From assembly GCA_030390025.1 (NCBI GenBank), contig CM059432.1:77130001-77194000 (forward strand): a stretch of DNA of 64,000 bases, read 5' to 3'. This document shows, one piece after another, positions 38,742 through 50,869 of the stretch; the stretch's first letter is position 1, and the number at the start of each line of letters is the position of its first letter. The DNA comes from Squalus acanthias. Lineage: Eukaryota. The notes beneath the pieces are model-generated. The model saw only the letters and a program-made list of their open reading frames with translations, did not search any database and was not told the origin of the DNA. A program made the translations under genes and the position numbers.

Positions 38742-38828
38742 ATGCTGGTGGGAGCCTCACATGGCAGGAATTCATGGCTTCGTGCTGCTCTTGATTTTCT
38801 GACCATTTATATGACTTTAAAAAACATT

Positions 38829-39231
38829 GGGCTGGATTTTGAATGACCCATGGAGTCGGGTTTGGAGGCGTGTGGGGGGTTAAATTTGCGGGGTCGGGGT
38901 TTCCGACCCCATCCCGCCTCCACGCAATTTTGACAAAATCAGTCGCGGGGTTCCCGACTCTCTCCCGCCTCCTTAAAGCCCTTAACAAGCCCTAAATAGG
39001 GTCTGTAATGCTATTTTGAAACGTTGTAGCTAGTTTAACCCTTTTCTGACGTGAAGCACGCCTGGTGTGAAACACTCCAGTGAAACCTGGCGGGAGCACA
39101 AATGGATAGCTGACTATCGGCTGCAAGTCCACTATTACAACGGAGATGTGATGAAGGTAGTAGTAGTATTAGGTGTGAAAATCACCTCTGATACTGCTAC
39201 ATTCAATGTCATGGCATTTGGTGTAAGAGGA

Positions 39232-39262
<31 letters not shown>

Positions 39263-39538
39263 GCATCCAGGTCCACTCACATCAGAAGCAATGCAGACAG
39301 GTCCTCTCTCACCAGTAGCCAGACAATCTCTGAGAGCAGGCAGTCAGCAATGATGACATCATCAGAGGCGGGTTTCAGACTGAAACCACTAATTAGTTCA
39401 TGGGTTCCCACATGCTGCAACTCAATTGCCCAATTAAGTGAAAATTGCATCAGGCATCCACATTAATCTGGAGTCGGGGGGGAAACACGAAATGCGGATT
39501 ACACGACCCCAACCCGACCCCAAGACAAAATCCAGCCC
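38829..39538. mobile_element. Harbinger-type MITE
   Basis: Perfect 13-bp TIRs GGGCTGGATTTTG / CAAAATCCAGCCC; internal (CT)n at ~39233-39257. Confidence 0.8.
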
Positions 39539-40054
39539 AAAGTGTTTAAAGTATTTCAGAGTGATTGAATGCTGGGGTTCTTTGCAAACACTCAGATTTT
39601 CTAATTCAATATGCTGACATTTGTTAAATCATAGGCAATAGGACTGAATGGAGGGAACAATTTGAAAAAGTGACGTCATAGCTGACACAGATGAAGGAGC
39701 AGTAGAGCCTGAGGATTAAAAGCTAAATGTTCAATTATTTATTCACACTTTAATATTTAACTATATAGTAGATTAAGGGGCTACTTATCTTAGAAAAAAA
39801 TAGGAATTAAATTAGAAGCAAGGGCAAAAATCTGGTTCTGTCCAACAGATATGAAGGGGGGGGGGGGCAGGGGGAGGTTGGGGGTGTGCGGGAGAAAGTG
39901 CTTGGGTAGAAATAATGATTAAAAGAAAAGGGATGAGAGCACAGGTTAGAGTACAAAAGGGAATAAATATAACAAATACTCAACGAACAGAAATGTTTAT
40001 AAGACGTAACAATAAAATACCTGTTAAAAATAAAACAGGAGAATTGAAAAATAA

Positions 40055-41390
40055 AGGCATATTAAATTGTCAGTATAGCAATGTTTAGAACATCAACATC
40101 AAAATGGGGAAATTGGAAGCAATAGTAAGCAGTGAGGAAACAAATGTAATAGGGCTAGGATTAACAGTTAAATATTGCAGGCTATAATGTAATTAGGTAA
40201 GATAGGGAAGGAAGAAGTGGTGGTGGAGTAGCTGTGTTCATCAGAAATAACATAATAGCAGTAGCAAAAAAGGACATGACTAACAAAGAGATAGAAACAG
40301 AATCCATATGGATTGAGATAAAAGATAGAAAAGGATTAATTACGCTATTAGGGGTATACTACAGACCACCAAATAATGGAAAGGAAGTGAGGGAAAATAT
40401 GTAGGAAAATCTATGACATGAGTAAAAAAGAACACAGACTCATAATCGTGGTGGATTTCAACTATCCCCAAATAAACTGTCTGGGAGAGGGAGTGAAAGA
40501 AAAGAAGGGAGTGGAGTTTATACATTGTGAACAAGACTTCTTTCTGACCCAATATGTAAGAAGCCCAACAAAGAAGGAAACACTGCTAGACCCAGTAATG
40601 GGAAATGAACCAGAGCAGTTAAGGAAAGTAAGCATGGGAGAACATTTAGTGAGTAGTGATCACAATGGAGTAGGGTTTAAGGTAATGATTACAATGAAGT
40701 AGGGTTTAAGGTAATGATTGAGGTAGATATAGATAGTACAAAGACCAAGACCCCAGGTCCAGGTGGATTGCACCTACAGAAACTCAAAGAAACTAGGCTG
40801 GAGATAGCAGGAGCACTAGTATTCATATATATTTTTTTAAATCAATAGAAAAAGGTATAATGCCAGAGGACTGGCAGACAGCAAATGTAACTGCTATCTT
40901 CAAAAAGGGAGATAGGACTAATCCAGGAAACTATAGACAAATTAGTTTAATGTGAGTGTTAGGAACGATACTTTGCTAAAAGATCAGAGAACAAAACATT
41001 GTGATGGAGAATATAATAAGAACAAGTCAACATTGTTCTAAAAGGAAGGTCATATTTAACCAACCTAATTAAATTCTTTGAAGAAACAGAACGAGTAGGC
41101 AAGGGCGATGCAGTAGTAGTAATATACATGGACTTTCAGAGGGCCATTGATGACGTAGCAGAATGGATTAAATGATGGCTACAAAACAGAAAACAGAGGG
41201 TAGGAATTAAAGAAAGTGGATAGTAGTGTCTGGGACCATTGTTGTTTACCATATACATAAACGATTTAGACTCATGAATTGGGGGTATGGTGTTGAAATT
41301 TACAGATGATACCAAATTGGGAGGTATAGCTAATAATGTGGAGGACTGCACCAAAATATTAGGAAGACATAAACAGGCTTACAGAGGAGC
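40055..41390 (+). mobile_element. Old internally deleted CR1 ORF2 fragment
   Basis: APE motifs (GVYYRPP, DFNYPQIN, SDHN) and RT motifs (PGNYR, YMDF, FTDDTKLG); 29-bp tandem duplication 40662-40719. Confidence 0.85.
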
Positions 41391-42090
41391 AAAGAGATCT
41401 GGAAATACAGCATCAGTCATGAGCATTTTAGTGACCTTTCATCTCAGAGCTCCTTTTTAAAAAAGTGTGAAAACACATTGCTTTAAACCCCAACATTTAA
41501 AAGTAACTTGCATCCCTACTCTTTTCTGTGGAAAAATGGTCACAAATCCCAAGAGAGTTTCAATAGTTGAGGCTCCCTGCTAACAGCACAGATGTAAAAT
41601 TACCCTAACATCTTGCTTTTGCAATGTGTCCCTATAGGAAAGCCTGTAAGTGGAGTTATTCTCCAGGTTTCTCATTTTTGCGCTAGTTTATGGCCCACAT
41701 ATGTTGGATGACAAGCCACAGTGCCAGAATCTGCCTCCTTCTCCTCTTCTGTGGCTTACTTCTGCTCCTCAGGTATGAAATAACCACAGGCCAGTTCTTG
41801 GTAGAGTAGTCACATGTTCAGAATTCACACTTTTACAACTACACATATTACATTTCCATATCTGACCAGTAGGTTATCTCAAAAAAGGGAACAATTTCTA
41901 AAACATTATATTGTGTCCAATTGTTCCAAATCAGAAACAAAACTAGGTCTCTCTCCCTCACTCAGTGGCTCATTAGCAAATGGACTGAGTGGTTTTGTAC
42001 TGAGCCTTAATGACCTGAAGGTTCTATATTCAATTATTTGTGGACTTAGTTCTGCAGACAGGGGAATGAGGAGGAAAAATAAAATGTACT

Positions 42091-44031
42091 GGAACATAGG
42101 AACAGGAGTAGGCCATTTAGCCCCTTGAGCCTGTTCCACCATTCAATGAGATCATGGCTGATCTGTTACCTAACTCCATATACTCGCCTTTGCCCCATAT
42201 CCCTTAATACCCTTGTTTAACAAAGATCTATCAATCTCGGATTTAAAATTAACAATTGATCTAGCTTAAAATGCTGTTTACAAAAGAGAGTTCCAAACTT
42301 CTACCATCCTTTGCGTGTAGAAGTGTTTCCTAACTTCACTCCTGAAAGGCCTGGCTCTATTTTTAAACTATTACCCCTAGTCCTAGAAACCCCAACCAGC
42401 AGAAATAGTTTCTCTCTATCTACCCTATCAGTTCCCCTTAACATCTTGAAAATTTCGATCAAATCACCCCTTAACCTTCTAAATTCCAGGGAATACAACC
42501 CTAATTTGTGTAATCTCTCCTTGTAATTTAACCCTTGAAGTCTGAGTATCATTCTGGTAAATCTACGCTGCACTCCCTCCAAGGCCAATATATCCTTCCT
42601 AAGGTGTGGTGCCCAAAACTGCTCACAGTACTCCAGGTGTGGTCTAACCAGGGTTTTGTCTATCTGCAGCATAACTTCTACCCCCTTGTATTTTAGTCCT
42701 TTAGATATAAAGGTCAGTATTCCAACAACCTTTTTGATTATTTTCTGTAACTGTCCATGACATTTTAATGATCTAGGTACATGGACCCCCAAGTCTCCTT
42801 GGACCTCCACTGTTTCCAGCTTTTCACCATTTAGAAAGTTTCTGGGTTTGAGGTCCATTCAGGACCTCAAACCCAGCACCAAGCTCATGGTCTACAGAGC
42901 AGTAGTGATACCCTCCCTCCTGTATGCTTCAGAGACATGGACCATGTACAGCAGGCACCTCAAAGCACTGGAGGGGTACCACCAACGCTGTCTCCACAAG
43001 ATCCTGCAAATCCATTGGCAGGATAGGTGCACCAACGTCAGTGTTCTCGATCAGGCCAACATCCCCAGCATCGAAGCTTTGACCACGCTCAATCAGCTCC
43101 AATGGACAGGCCACATCATCCGCATGCCCGATACGAGACTCCCAAAACAAGCGCTCTACTCGGAGCTCCGACACAGCAAGAGAGCCCCAGGTGGGCAGAG
43201 GAAACGCTTCAAGGACACCTTCAAAGCCTCCTTGAAAAAGTGCAACATCCCCACCGACACCTGGGAATCCCTGGCCCAAGACCGCACAAAGTGGAGAAGC
43301 ATCCGGGAAGGCGCTGAACACCTCAAGTATCTTCGCCGGGAGCAAGCAGAATCCAAGCGCAAACAGAGGAGGAGCGCACGTCAACCCAAGCACCCCACCC
43401 ACCCGCCCCTTCAACCACCGTCTGCCCCACCTGTGACAGAGACTGTAGGTCTCGTATTAGACTCATCAGTCACCTGAGAACTCATTTTTAGTGTGGAAGC
43501 AAGTCATCCTCGGTTCCGAGGGACTGCCTAAGAAGAAGATTTAGAAAGTACTCTGTTCTATCCTTTTTATGTCCAAAGTGGATGACCTCACATTTGCCTA
43601 CATTGAAATCCATTTGCCACAGTTTTGCCCATTCATTTAATCTATTAATATCTCTTTGTAATTTTATGTTTCCATCTACACTGCTTACAATGCGCCTATC
43701 TTTGTGTCATTAGCAAACTTGGATAGGTGGCTTTCTATCCCATCATCTAAGTCATTAATAAATACAGTGATTAGTTGAGGCCCCAACATAGATCCTTGCG
43801 GGACACCACTAGTCACATCCTGCCAATTAGAGTACCTGCCCATTATCCCTCCTCTCTGTCTCCTGCCGCTCAGCCAATTTCCTAACCAGGTCAATAATTT
43901 GCCTTCAATTCCATGAGCTTCAACTTTAGCTAACAGTCTCTTATGTGAGACTTTATCAAATACCTTCTGGAAGTCCATATAAATAACATCTATAGACATT
44001 CCCCTGTCCACTACTTCACTCACATCTTCAA
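42091..44031 (-). mobile_element. CR1 LINE, 5'-truncated, interrupted by RTE
   Basis: ORFs 42301-42858 and 43685-44023 are collinear RT pieces; A-rich ...GTACT on both flanks suggests a degenerate TSD. Confidence 0.93.
42840..43538 (+). mobile_element. RTE-clade LINE 3' end
   Basis: LLYASETWT...RLPKQALYSEL...GGQRKRFKD; (AAG)n tail; perfect 11-bp TSD ATTTAGAAAGT (42829-42839, 43539-43549). Confidence 0.93.
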
Positions 44032-44246
44032 GAAAAAAAGAGTACTTTACTAAAGTGGCTGTTTTTCACATGGAAGCCTGGGCAGGGAGTTTAGTAGGTT
44101 ATTTGATCATGGAGACAATCACAGCGAAGCCTGCCCCTGACCAATCCCATTAACTTAGGTTAATCCTTATGATTATCTAGCAACTGTTCTGAAAGTGCAC
44201 ATGTGGTTACTGGAATGGTCAGGGACAGGCTTCGCTGTGATAGTAT

Positions 44247-46225
44247 CATAGAATCATAAAAATTTACGGCACAGGAAGAGTCTATTCTGCTCATCATGTC
44301 TGTGCCGGTGAAAAAGAGCCATCCAGTCTAATCCCACTTTCTAGCTCTTGGTCTGTAGCCCTGTAGGTTACGGCACTTCAAGTGCATATCCAAGTACTTT
44401 TTTAATGTGATGAGGGTCTCTGCCTCTACCACCCTTTCACGCAGTGAGTTCCAGACCCCCACCACCGTCTGGGTGAAAAGAATTCGCAACACCCCTTTAA
44501 TCCTTCTGCCAATTACTTTAAATCTATGCCTCCTGGTTATTGGCCTCTCTGCTAAGGGAAATAGGTCCTTCCTATCCACTTTATCTAGGCCACTCATAAT
44601 TTTATACACCTCAATTAAATCTCCCCTCAGCCTCCTCTGCTCCAAAGAAAACAACGCATTCCAATCTTTCCTCATAGATAAAATTCTCCAGTCCTGGCAG
44701 CATTCTCGTAAATCTCCTCTGTACCTTCTCTAGTGCAATCACATCTTTCCTGTAATGTGGTGACCAGAACTGTACACAGTACTCTAGCTGTGGCCAACTA
44801 GTGTTTTATACAGTTCAAGCATAACCTTCCTGCTCTTATATTCTATGCCACGGCTAATAAAGGAAAATATTCCGTATGCCTTCTTAACCACCTTATCTAC
44901 CTGTCCTGCTACCTTCAGGGATCTGTGGACCTGCACTCCAAGGTTCCTCTGTTCCAATACATTTCTCAGTATCCTACCATGTATTGTGTATTCCCTTGCC
45001 TTGTTCGCCTTCCCCAAATGCATTACCTCACACTCCCTGGATTGAATTCCATTTGCCATTTTTCTGCCCACCTGACCTGTCCATTGATATCTTCCTGCAG
45101 TCTACAGCTTTCTTTCTCGCTATCAACCACACGGCCAATTTTTGTATCACCTGCAAACTTGTTAATCATGCCCCCTACATTGAAATCTAAATCATTGATA
45201 TATACCACAAAACAAAGGGACCTAGTACTGAGCCCTGTGGAAACTCACTAGAAACAGTCTGCCAGTCACAAAAATACTGGTCGACCATTACCCTTTGCTT
45301 CCTGCCACTGAGCCAATTTTGGATCCAACTTGCCACTTTCCCTTGGATCACATGGGCTTTTAGTTTTCTGACCAGTCTGCCATGTGGGACCTGGTCAAAA
45401 GCCTTGCTAAAAATCCATGTAGACTACATCAAACATGCTACCCTCATCTGCCCTCCTTGTTACCTCCTCAAAGAATTCAATCAAGTTAGTCAGACACAAC
45501 CTTCTCTTAACAAATCCATGCTGATTGTCCTTGATTAATCCGTGCCTTTCTAAATGACGATTAATACTGTCCTTCAGAATTTTTTCCAATGATTTGCCCA
45601 CCACCGAGGTTAGGCTGACTGGCCTATAATTACTCGATCTATCCCTTTCTCCCTTTTTAAACAACGGTACAACATTAGCAGGACCTCCAGTCCTCCGGCA
45701 CCATGTCTGTAACCAGAGAGGATTGGAAAATGATGGTTAGAGCCTCGGCTATTTCCTCCCTTGCTTCTCTTAACAGCCTGGGATACATTTCATCAGGGCC
45801 TGGCGATTTATCTACTTTCAAATATGCTAAACCCCTTAATATTTCCTCGCTCATTATGTTTATTCCATCCAATATTTCACACTCCTCCTTAACTACAATG
45901 TCTGCATTGTCCCTTTCTTTTGTGAATACAGACGCAAAGTATTCATTAAGAACTATACCCACGTCTTCGCCTTCATGCACAGTTTTGGTCTCTGATAGGC
46001 CCTACTCTTTCCTTAGTTATCCTCTTGCTCTTTATGTATTTATAAAACATCGTTGGGTTTTCCTTGATTTTACCTGCCAGTATTTTTTCATGCCCTCTCT
46101 TTGCTTTCCTAATTTCCTTTTTAATTTCACCCCTGCACTTTCTATACTCCTCTAGGCTTTCTGCAGTATTTAGCTCTCGCTATCTGACAAAAGCTTCCCT
46201 TTTTTTCCTTATCCTACTCGGTATG
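44247..46225 (-). mobile_element. CR1 LINE, 5'-truncated
   Basis: Frameshifted RT ORFs 44328-45980 (KSPGPD, NYRPVSLTS, FAGDTKIG). Confidence 0.93.
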
Positions 46226-46308
46226 CTCCTTAGTGCCATTATTTTAGTGCACAGATCATGCTTAAATATCAAGTACATAACACTTTGCTTTGGTTTTTGT
46301 TTGTACTT

Positions 46309-46686
46309 AAGAACATAAGAAATAGGAGCAGGAGTAGGCCATTTGGCCCCTCGAGCCTGCTCCGCCATTCAATAAGATCATGGCTGATCTTCTACCTCAA
46401 CTCCACCTTCCCGCACTATCCCCATATCCCTTAATTCCCTTAGTTCCCAAAAATTTATCAACCTCTGTCTTGAATATACTCAACGACTGAGCATCCACAG
46501 CTCTCTGGGGTAGAGAATTCCAAAGATTCACATGCCATTGAGTGAAGAAATTTCTCTTCATCTCAGTCCTAAATGGCCTACCCCTTATTGTGAGACTGTG
46601 ACCCCACGTTCTAGATTCCCCAGCCAGGGGAAACATTTTCCCAGCATTAACCCTGTCAAGCCCCTTAAGAATTTTATATGTTTCAT
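46309..46686 (-). mobile_element. CR1 3' end, same subfamily as 1866-3298
   Basis: C-terminus VDAQSLSIFKTEVDKFLGTKGIKGYGDSAGRWS identical to ORF 2543-3208. Confidence 0.93.
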
Positions 46687-46781
46687 AAACTGCTGTATAT
46701 ATTTCTCTAATAATGGGCACAACTACTGAAATACTGCACATGTTTCAAAGATATACCTGTAGATATTTTGAAATATTTATT

Positions 46782-47050
46782 CAAAAGCAAAATACTGCAG
46801 ATGCTGGAGATCTGAAATAGAAACAGAAAATGCTGGAAATACTCAGCAGGTCAGGCAGCATCTGTGGAGAGAGAAACAGAGTTAACGTTTCAGGTCAATG
46901 ACCTTTCGTCAGAACTGGAAAAGTTAGAGATGTAACAGATTTTAAACAAGTACAGGGGCAGAGAAAGAGGGAGGGGAGGAAAGAACAAAAGGGAAGGTCT
47001 GTGATAGGGTGGAAGGCAGGAGTGATTAAATGACAAAAGGTATGATTGTA
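46782..47050 (-). mobile_element. Solo Penelope-like terminal repeat (pLTR)
   Basis: Reverse complement closely matches 50465-50643 and includes the extension seen at 48810-48840. Confidence 0.85.
46880..46916 (-). ncRNA. Minimal type I hammerhead ribozyme motif
   Basis: AGUU-CUGACGA-A-AGGUC(AUU)GACCU-GAAA-CGUU-AACU: conserved core, stems I and II, palindromic stem III. Confidence 0.75.
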
Positions 47051-47374
47051 CAAAGCAATCTACAACATCACCCATCTCTGCCCCCACCTCAGTCAATCAT
47101 ACCTTTTGCTTTTGTATTGGTTTTATAATAAGTTGATGTTTGCTGTCTTTGTAATAATTTATAGTTGTTAAAGGGAAAGATGCTTCTTTTTCTCACTTCT
47201 GACTAGTTTCATCTTTATAACCCTTTGGCTTCTAAGTTTACCCGCCTGTAACGGTTTCTGTTCAGTTACATGTGATCCTATTTTATCTTGTGTCATTTGT
47301 CCCATGGCACCTGATGTCATTTACATGCAAAGGGTGCCTTGGCTTATGCCAATGGCTACAATTAACTTCTCACG

Positions 47375-47820
47375 GTGCGAGGCTATGGAGAAATTTAAAC
47401 ACAAGGATGAGAATTTTTAATTTGAGGCATTGGGGAAACCCGGGATCAATCTCGGTCAGTGAGAACAGGGGTGAGCGGGACTTGGAGCGGAATCGGATAA
47501 AGGTGTGGGACTTGGAGCGGAATCGGATAAAGGTGCGGGACTTGGAGCGGAATCGGATAAAGGTGCGGGACTTGGAGCAGAATCGGATAAAGGTGCGGGA
47601 CTTGGAGCAGAATCGGATAAAGGTGTGGGACTTGGAGCGGAATCGGATAAAGGCAGTAGAGTTCTGGTTGCGATAAAGCTTACGGAGGATGAGGATGGGA
47701 GGCTGACCAGGAGAGCATTAACATAAAGTCTGGAGGTGACAAAGGCATGAATGAGGTCTTCAGTGGAAGGTTGACTGAGGTAGGGGCAGAGGTGGCTGAT
47801 GTTGTAGAGCAAATGGAAAT
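47375..47820 (-). mobile_element. Old L2 fragment
   Basis: LIHAFVTSRL motif; similar to 21800-22100. Confidence 0.8.
47477..47653. repeat. 30-bp minisatellite, ~6 copies
   Basis: GGGACTTGGAGCRGAATCGGATAAAGGTGY in head-to-tail array without spacers. Confidence 0.97.
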
Positions 47821-48084
47821 CTGTACTAAAAGTGTACCAATGTGCGCTTGCCCATTCATTACTAGACTTTTAGTGTTGTGATTATGCCGAAGAGAGTGTT
47901 GCACTAACGCCAAAAATACTGTATAAAAACAACAAAACTACTACAGGAATCAAATTCCTAACAAGAACTATTGGCTTATGAGGTAGCTTACTATACCATG
48001 TGCAAATTGACACTCAAGGCAGCCTTGAGTCAGTACATACAAGTGTCTGCATTTTGGGGGGCTACGTGACTGATCGGCTGATTC

Positions 48085-48550
48085 AATGGTTCAATAGTAC
48101 AGTGCCACTCGCCTCTCAGTCAGAAGGTTGTGGGTTCAAGTCCCACTCCCGGGACTTGAGCACATAAAGCTAGGCTGACACTCCAGTGCAGTGCTGAAGG
48201 AGTGCTGCACTACTGGAGGTGCCGTCTTTCGGATGAGACATTAAACCGAGGCCCCGTCTGCTCTCTCAAGTGGACGTAAAAGATCCCATGGCACTATTTC
48301 GAAGAGAAGCAGGGGAGTTATCCCCGGTGTCCTGGACAATATTTATCCCTCAATCAACATAACAAAAAAAACCAGATAATCTGGTCATTATAACATTGCT
48401 GTTTGTGGGAGCTTGCTGTGCGCAAATTGGCTGCTGCGTTTCCCACATTACAACAGTGACTACACTCCAAAAGTACTTCATTGGCTGTAAAGCGCTTTGA
48501 GACGTACGGTGGTCGTGAAAGGCGCTATAGAAATGCAAGTCTTTCTTTCT
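48085..48550 (+). mobile_element. Deu-domain SINE (SacSINE1-like)
   Basis: tRNA-like B box GGTTCAAGTCCC, Deu core GTGGGAGCTTGCTGTGCGCAAATTGGCTGC, L2-like tail AAGGCGCTATAGAAATGCAAG(TCTT)n. Confidence 0.9.
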
Positions 48551-48805
48551 TTCACTTACTGAACGTCAGTAAATTGGTGCATCAATTGCCAATAGTCAGG
48601 ATCACAACTCCCACCCCCATCTTCAGGTTCTTAAATTGTGGTGTTGAGTTAATTGTGCAGTGTGGGGTATTCATTCAGATTTTTCTCTGCTGTGGAAGTG
48701 GCTTCTTGATCACAGCCATTCTTTCTTCTCTGCAAGCCTGTGACACATCATGCTTCAAGGTCATAATTTAGCTACATTCTGCTGGGCAAAACCCATCCTT
48801 TGTAT

Positions 48806-50643
48806 AATAGCAAAATACTGCAGATGCTGGAAATCTGAAATAACAACAGAAAATGCTGGAAGCACTCAGCAGGCCAGGCAGTATCTCGACTCTGTTTTTT
48901 CTCCCCTTGTCCAGTCTCTTCCCACCTATATTCGCGACTCTTCCGACGCCCTCCACCACTTTAAAGTTTCCAGTTTCCTAGCCCCAACCGTCTCCTTTTT
49001 ACTATGGACGTCCAATCCCTCTACACCTCCATCCCCCACCAGGACGGCCTGAGGGCGCTCCGCTTCTTCCTTGAACAGAGGCCCAACTAGTCCCCATTCA
49101 CCACCACCCTCCTCCACCTGGCTGAACTTGTTCTCACATTGAACAACTTCTCCTTTGACTCCACTCATTTCCTCCAAATTAAAGGTGTTGCTATGGGAAC
49201 CCGCATTGGCCCTAGCTATGCCTGCCTTTTCATGGGATATGTGGAACATTCCTTGTTCCAGTCCTACTCAGGTCCCCTCCCTCACCTCTTTTTTCTGGTA
49301 CATTGATGACTGTATTGGTGCCATTTCCTGCTCTCGCCCTGAACTAGAAAATTTCATTCACTTTACTTCTAATTTCCACCCTTCCCTCACCATCACATGG
49401 TCCATCTCCGACTACCCTTCCCTTCCTTGACTTCTCTGTCTCCATTTCTGGCGATAGGCTATCGACAAACATCCACTACAAGCCCACCGACTCCCACAGC
49501 TACCTGGACTACACTTCCTCCCACCGCGCTTCCTGTAAGGACTCTATTCTATTCTTCCAGTTTCTCCGTCTCCGCCGCATCTGTTCTGACGATGCCACCT
49601 TCCATACCAGTGATCCGATATGTCTTCCTTTTTCCTCAACCGAGGATTCCCCTCTACTGTGGTTGACACGGCCTTTGACTGTGTCCGTTCCATTTCCCGC
49701 ACTTCTGCTCTCACCCCTTCCCCTCCCTCCCGGAACCACAATAGGGTTCCCCTTGTCCTGTCCTCACCAAACCCCACCAGCCTCCACATTCAAAGGATCG
49801 TCCGCCGCCATTTCCGCCACCTCCAACGTGATCCCACCACCAAACGCATCTTTCCCTCACCTCCCCTTTCAGCATTCCGAAGGGACTGCTCCCTCCATGA
49901 CACTCTGGTCCACTCCTCAATCACCCCCAACAGCCCTTCCCCTTCGCCCGGCACCTGCCCGTGCAAGCGCAGGAGATGCAACACCTGCCCTTTTACCTCC
50001 TCCCTTTCCACTGTCCAGGGCCCCAAACACCCCTTCCAGGTGAGACAGCGATTTACTTGTACTTCTTGCAATTTAGTATACTGTATTCGCTGCTCACGAT
50101 GCGGTCTCCTCTACACTGGGGAGACCAAACGCAGATTGGGTGACCGCTTTGCGGAACATCTCCGTTCAATCCGTAAGGGTGACCCTGAGCTTCCGGTCGC
50201 CTGTCACTTTAATTCTCCGCTTCACTCCCACTCTGATCTCTCTGTCCTCGGCCTCTTGCATTGTTCCACTGAAGCTCAACGTAAGCGCGAGGAACAGCAC
50301 CTCATCTTTCGATTAGTCACTTTACAGCCTTCTGGACTCAACATAGAGTTCAACAATTTCAGACTATAACCCCTGTCCCCATTTTTCAGGCTGTTGATGA
50401 TTCTGCCATCCCCATTTGCAACATTTAATTTCTCCTGCCTCCTACCCTAGCACAGAATGTTCCTTCAGTTCCTTCCTCCCCTCCCCTCCCCCTTTCCCTG
50501 TCTCTGCACCTGCTTAAAATCTGTTACATCTCTAACCTTTTCCAGTTCTGATGAAGGGTCCCAGACCTGAAATGCTAACTCTGTTTCTCGCTCCACGGAT
50601 GCTGCCTGGCCTGCTGAGTGCTTCCAGCATTTTCTGTTGTTAT
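48806..50643 (+). mobile_element. Penelope-like element (Neptune-type), 5'-truncated with inverted terminus
   Basis: Frameshifted RT (KGVAMG, YIDD); ORF 49620-50369 with Cys-rich linker and GIY-YIG nuclease (LVYCIRC..C..LYTGETKR.L..RF.EH...GLN); 14-bp TSD CCCATCCTTTGTAT. Confidence 0.93.
50544..50580 (+). ncRNA. Hammerhead ribozyme motif in the PLE 3' repeat (stem III mutated)
   Basis: AGUU-CUGAUGA-A-GGGUC(CCA)GACCU-GAAA-UGCU-AACU. Confidence 0.65.
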
Positions 50644-50869
50644 CCCATCCTTTGTATGGCTGAGCACTGAAGAACGAGCTCAATTGAGTGTTTACCAAGC
50701 TTTCAGATTAGAATTCTACGACATCCGAGAGGAAGATGGCTGCAGCCATTCCTTCCTAATGACAACATTTCGAAAGACACTTCACACTCCATTTAGAAAC
50801 CAAAAATATATAAAAGTGTTCGCTGCTCCTCCCATTGTAAACTGATATATTTAAATTTAAAGAAACAAT

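Noticed and set aside
47477..47653. CRISPR-like array
   Set aside because: Units are contiguous with no unique spacers, there are no cas genes, and the context is vertebrate L2.
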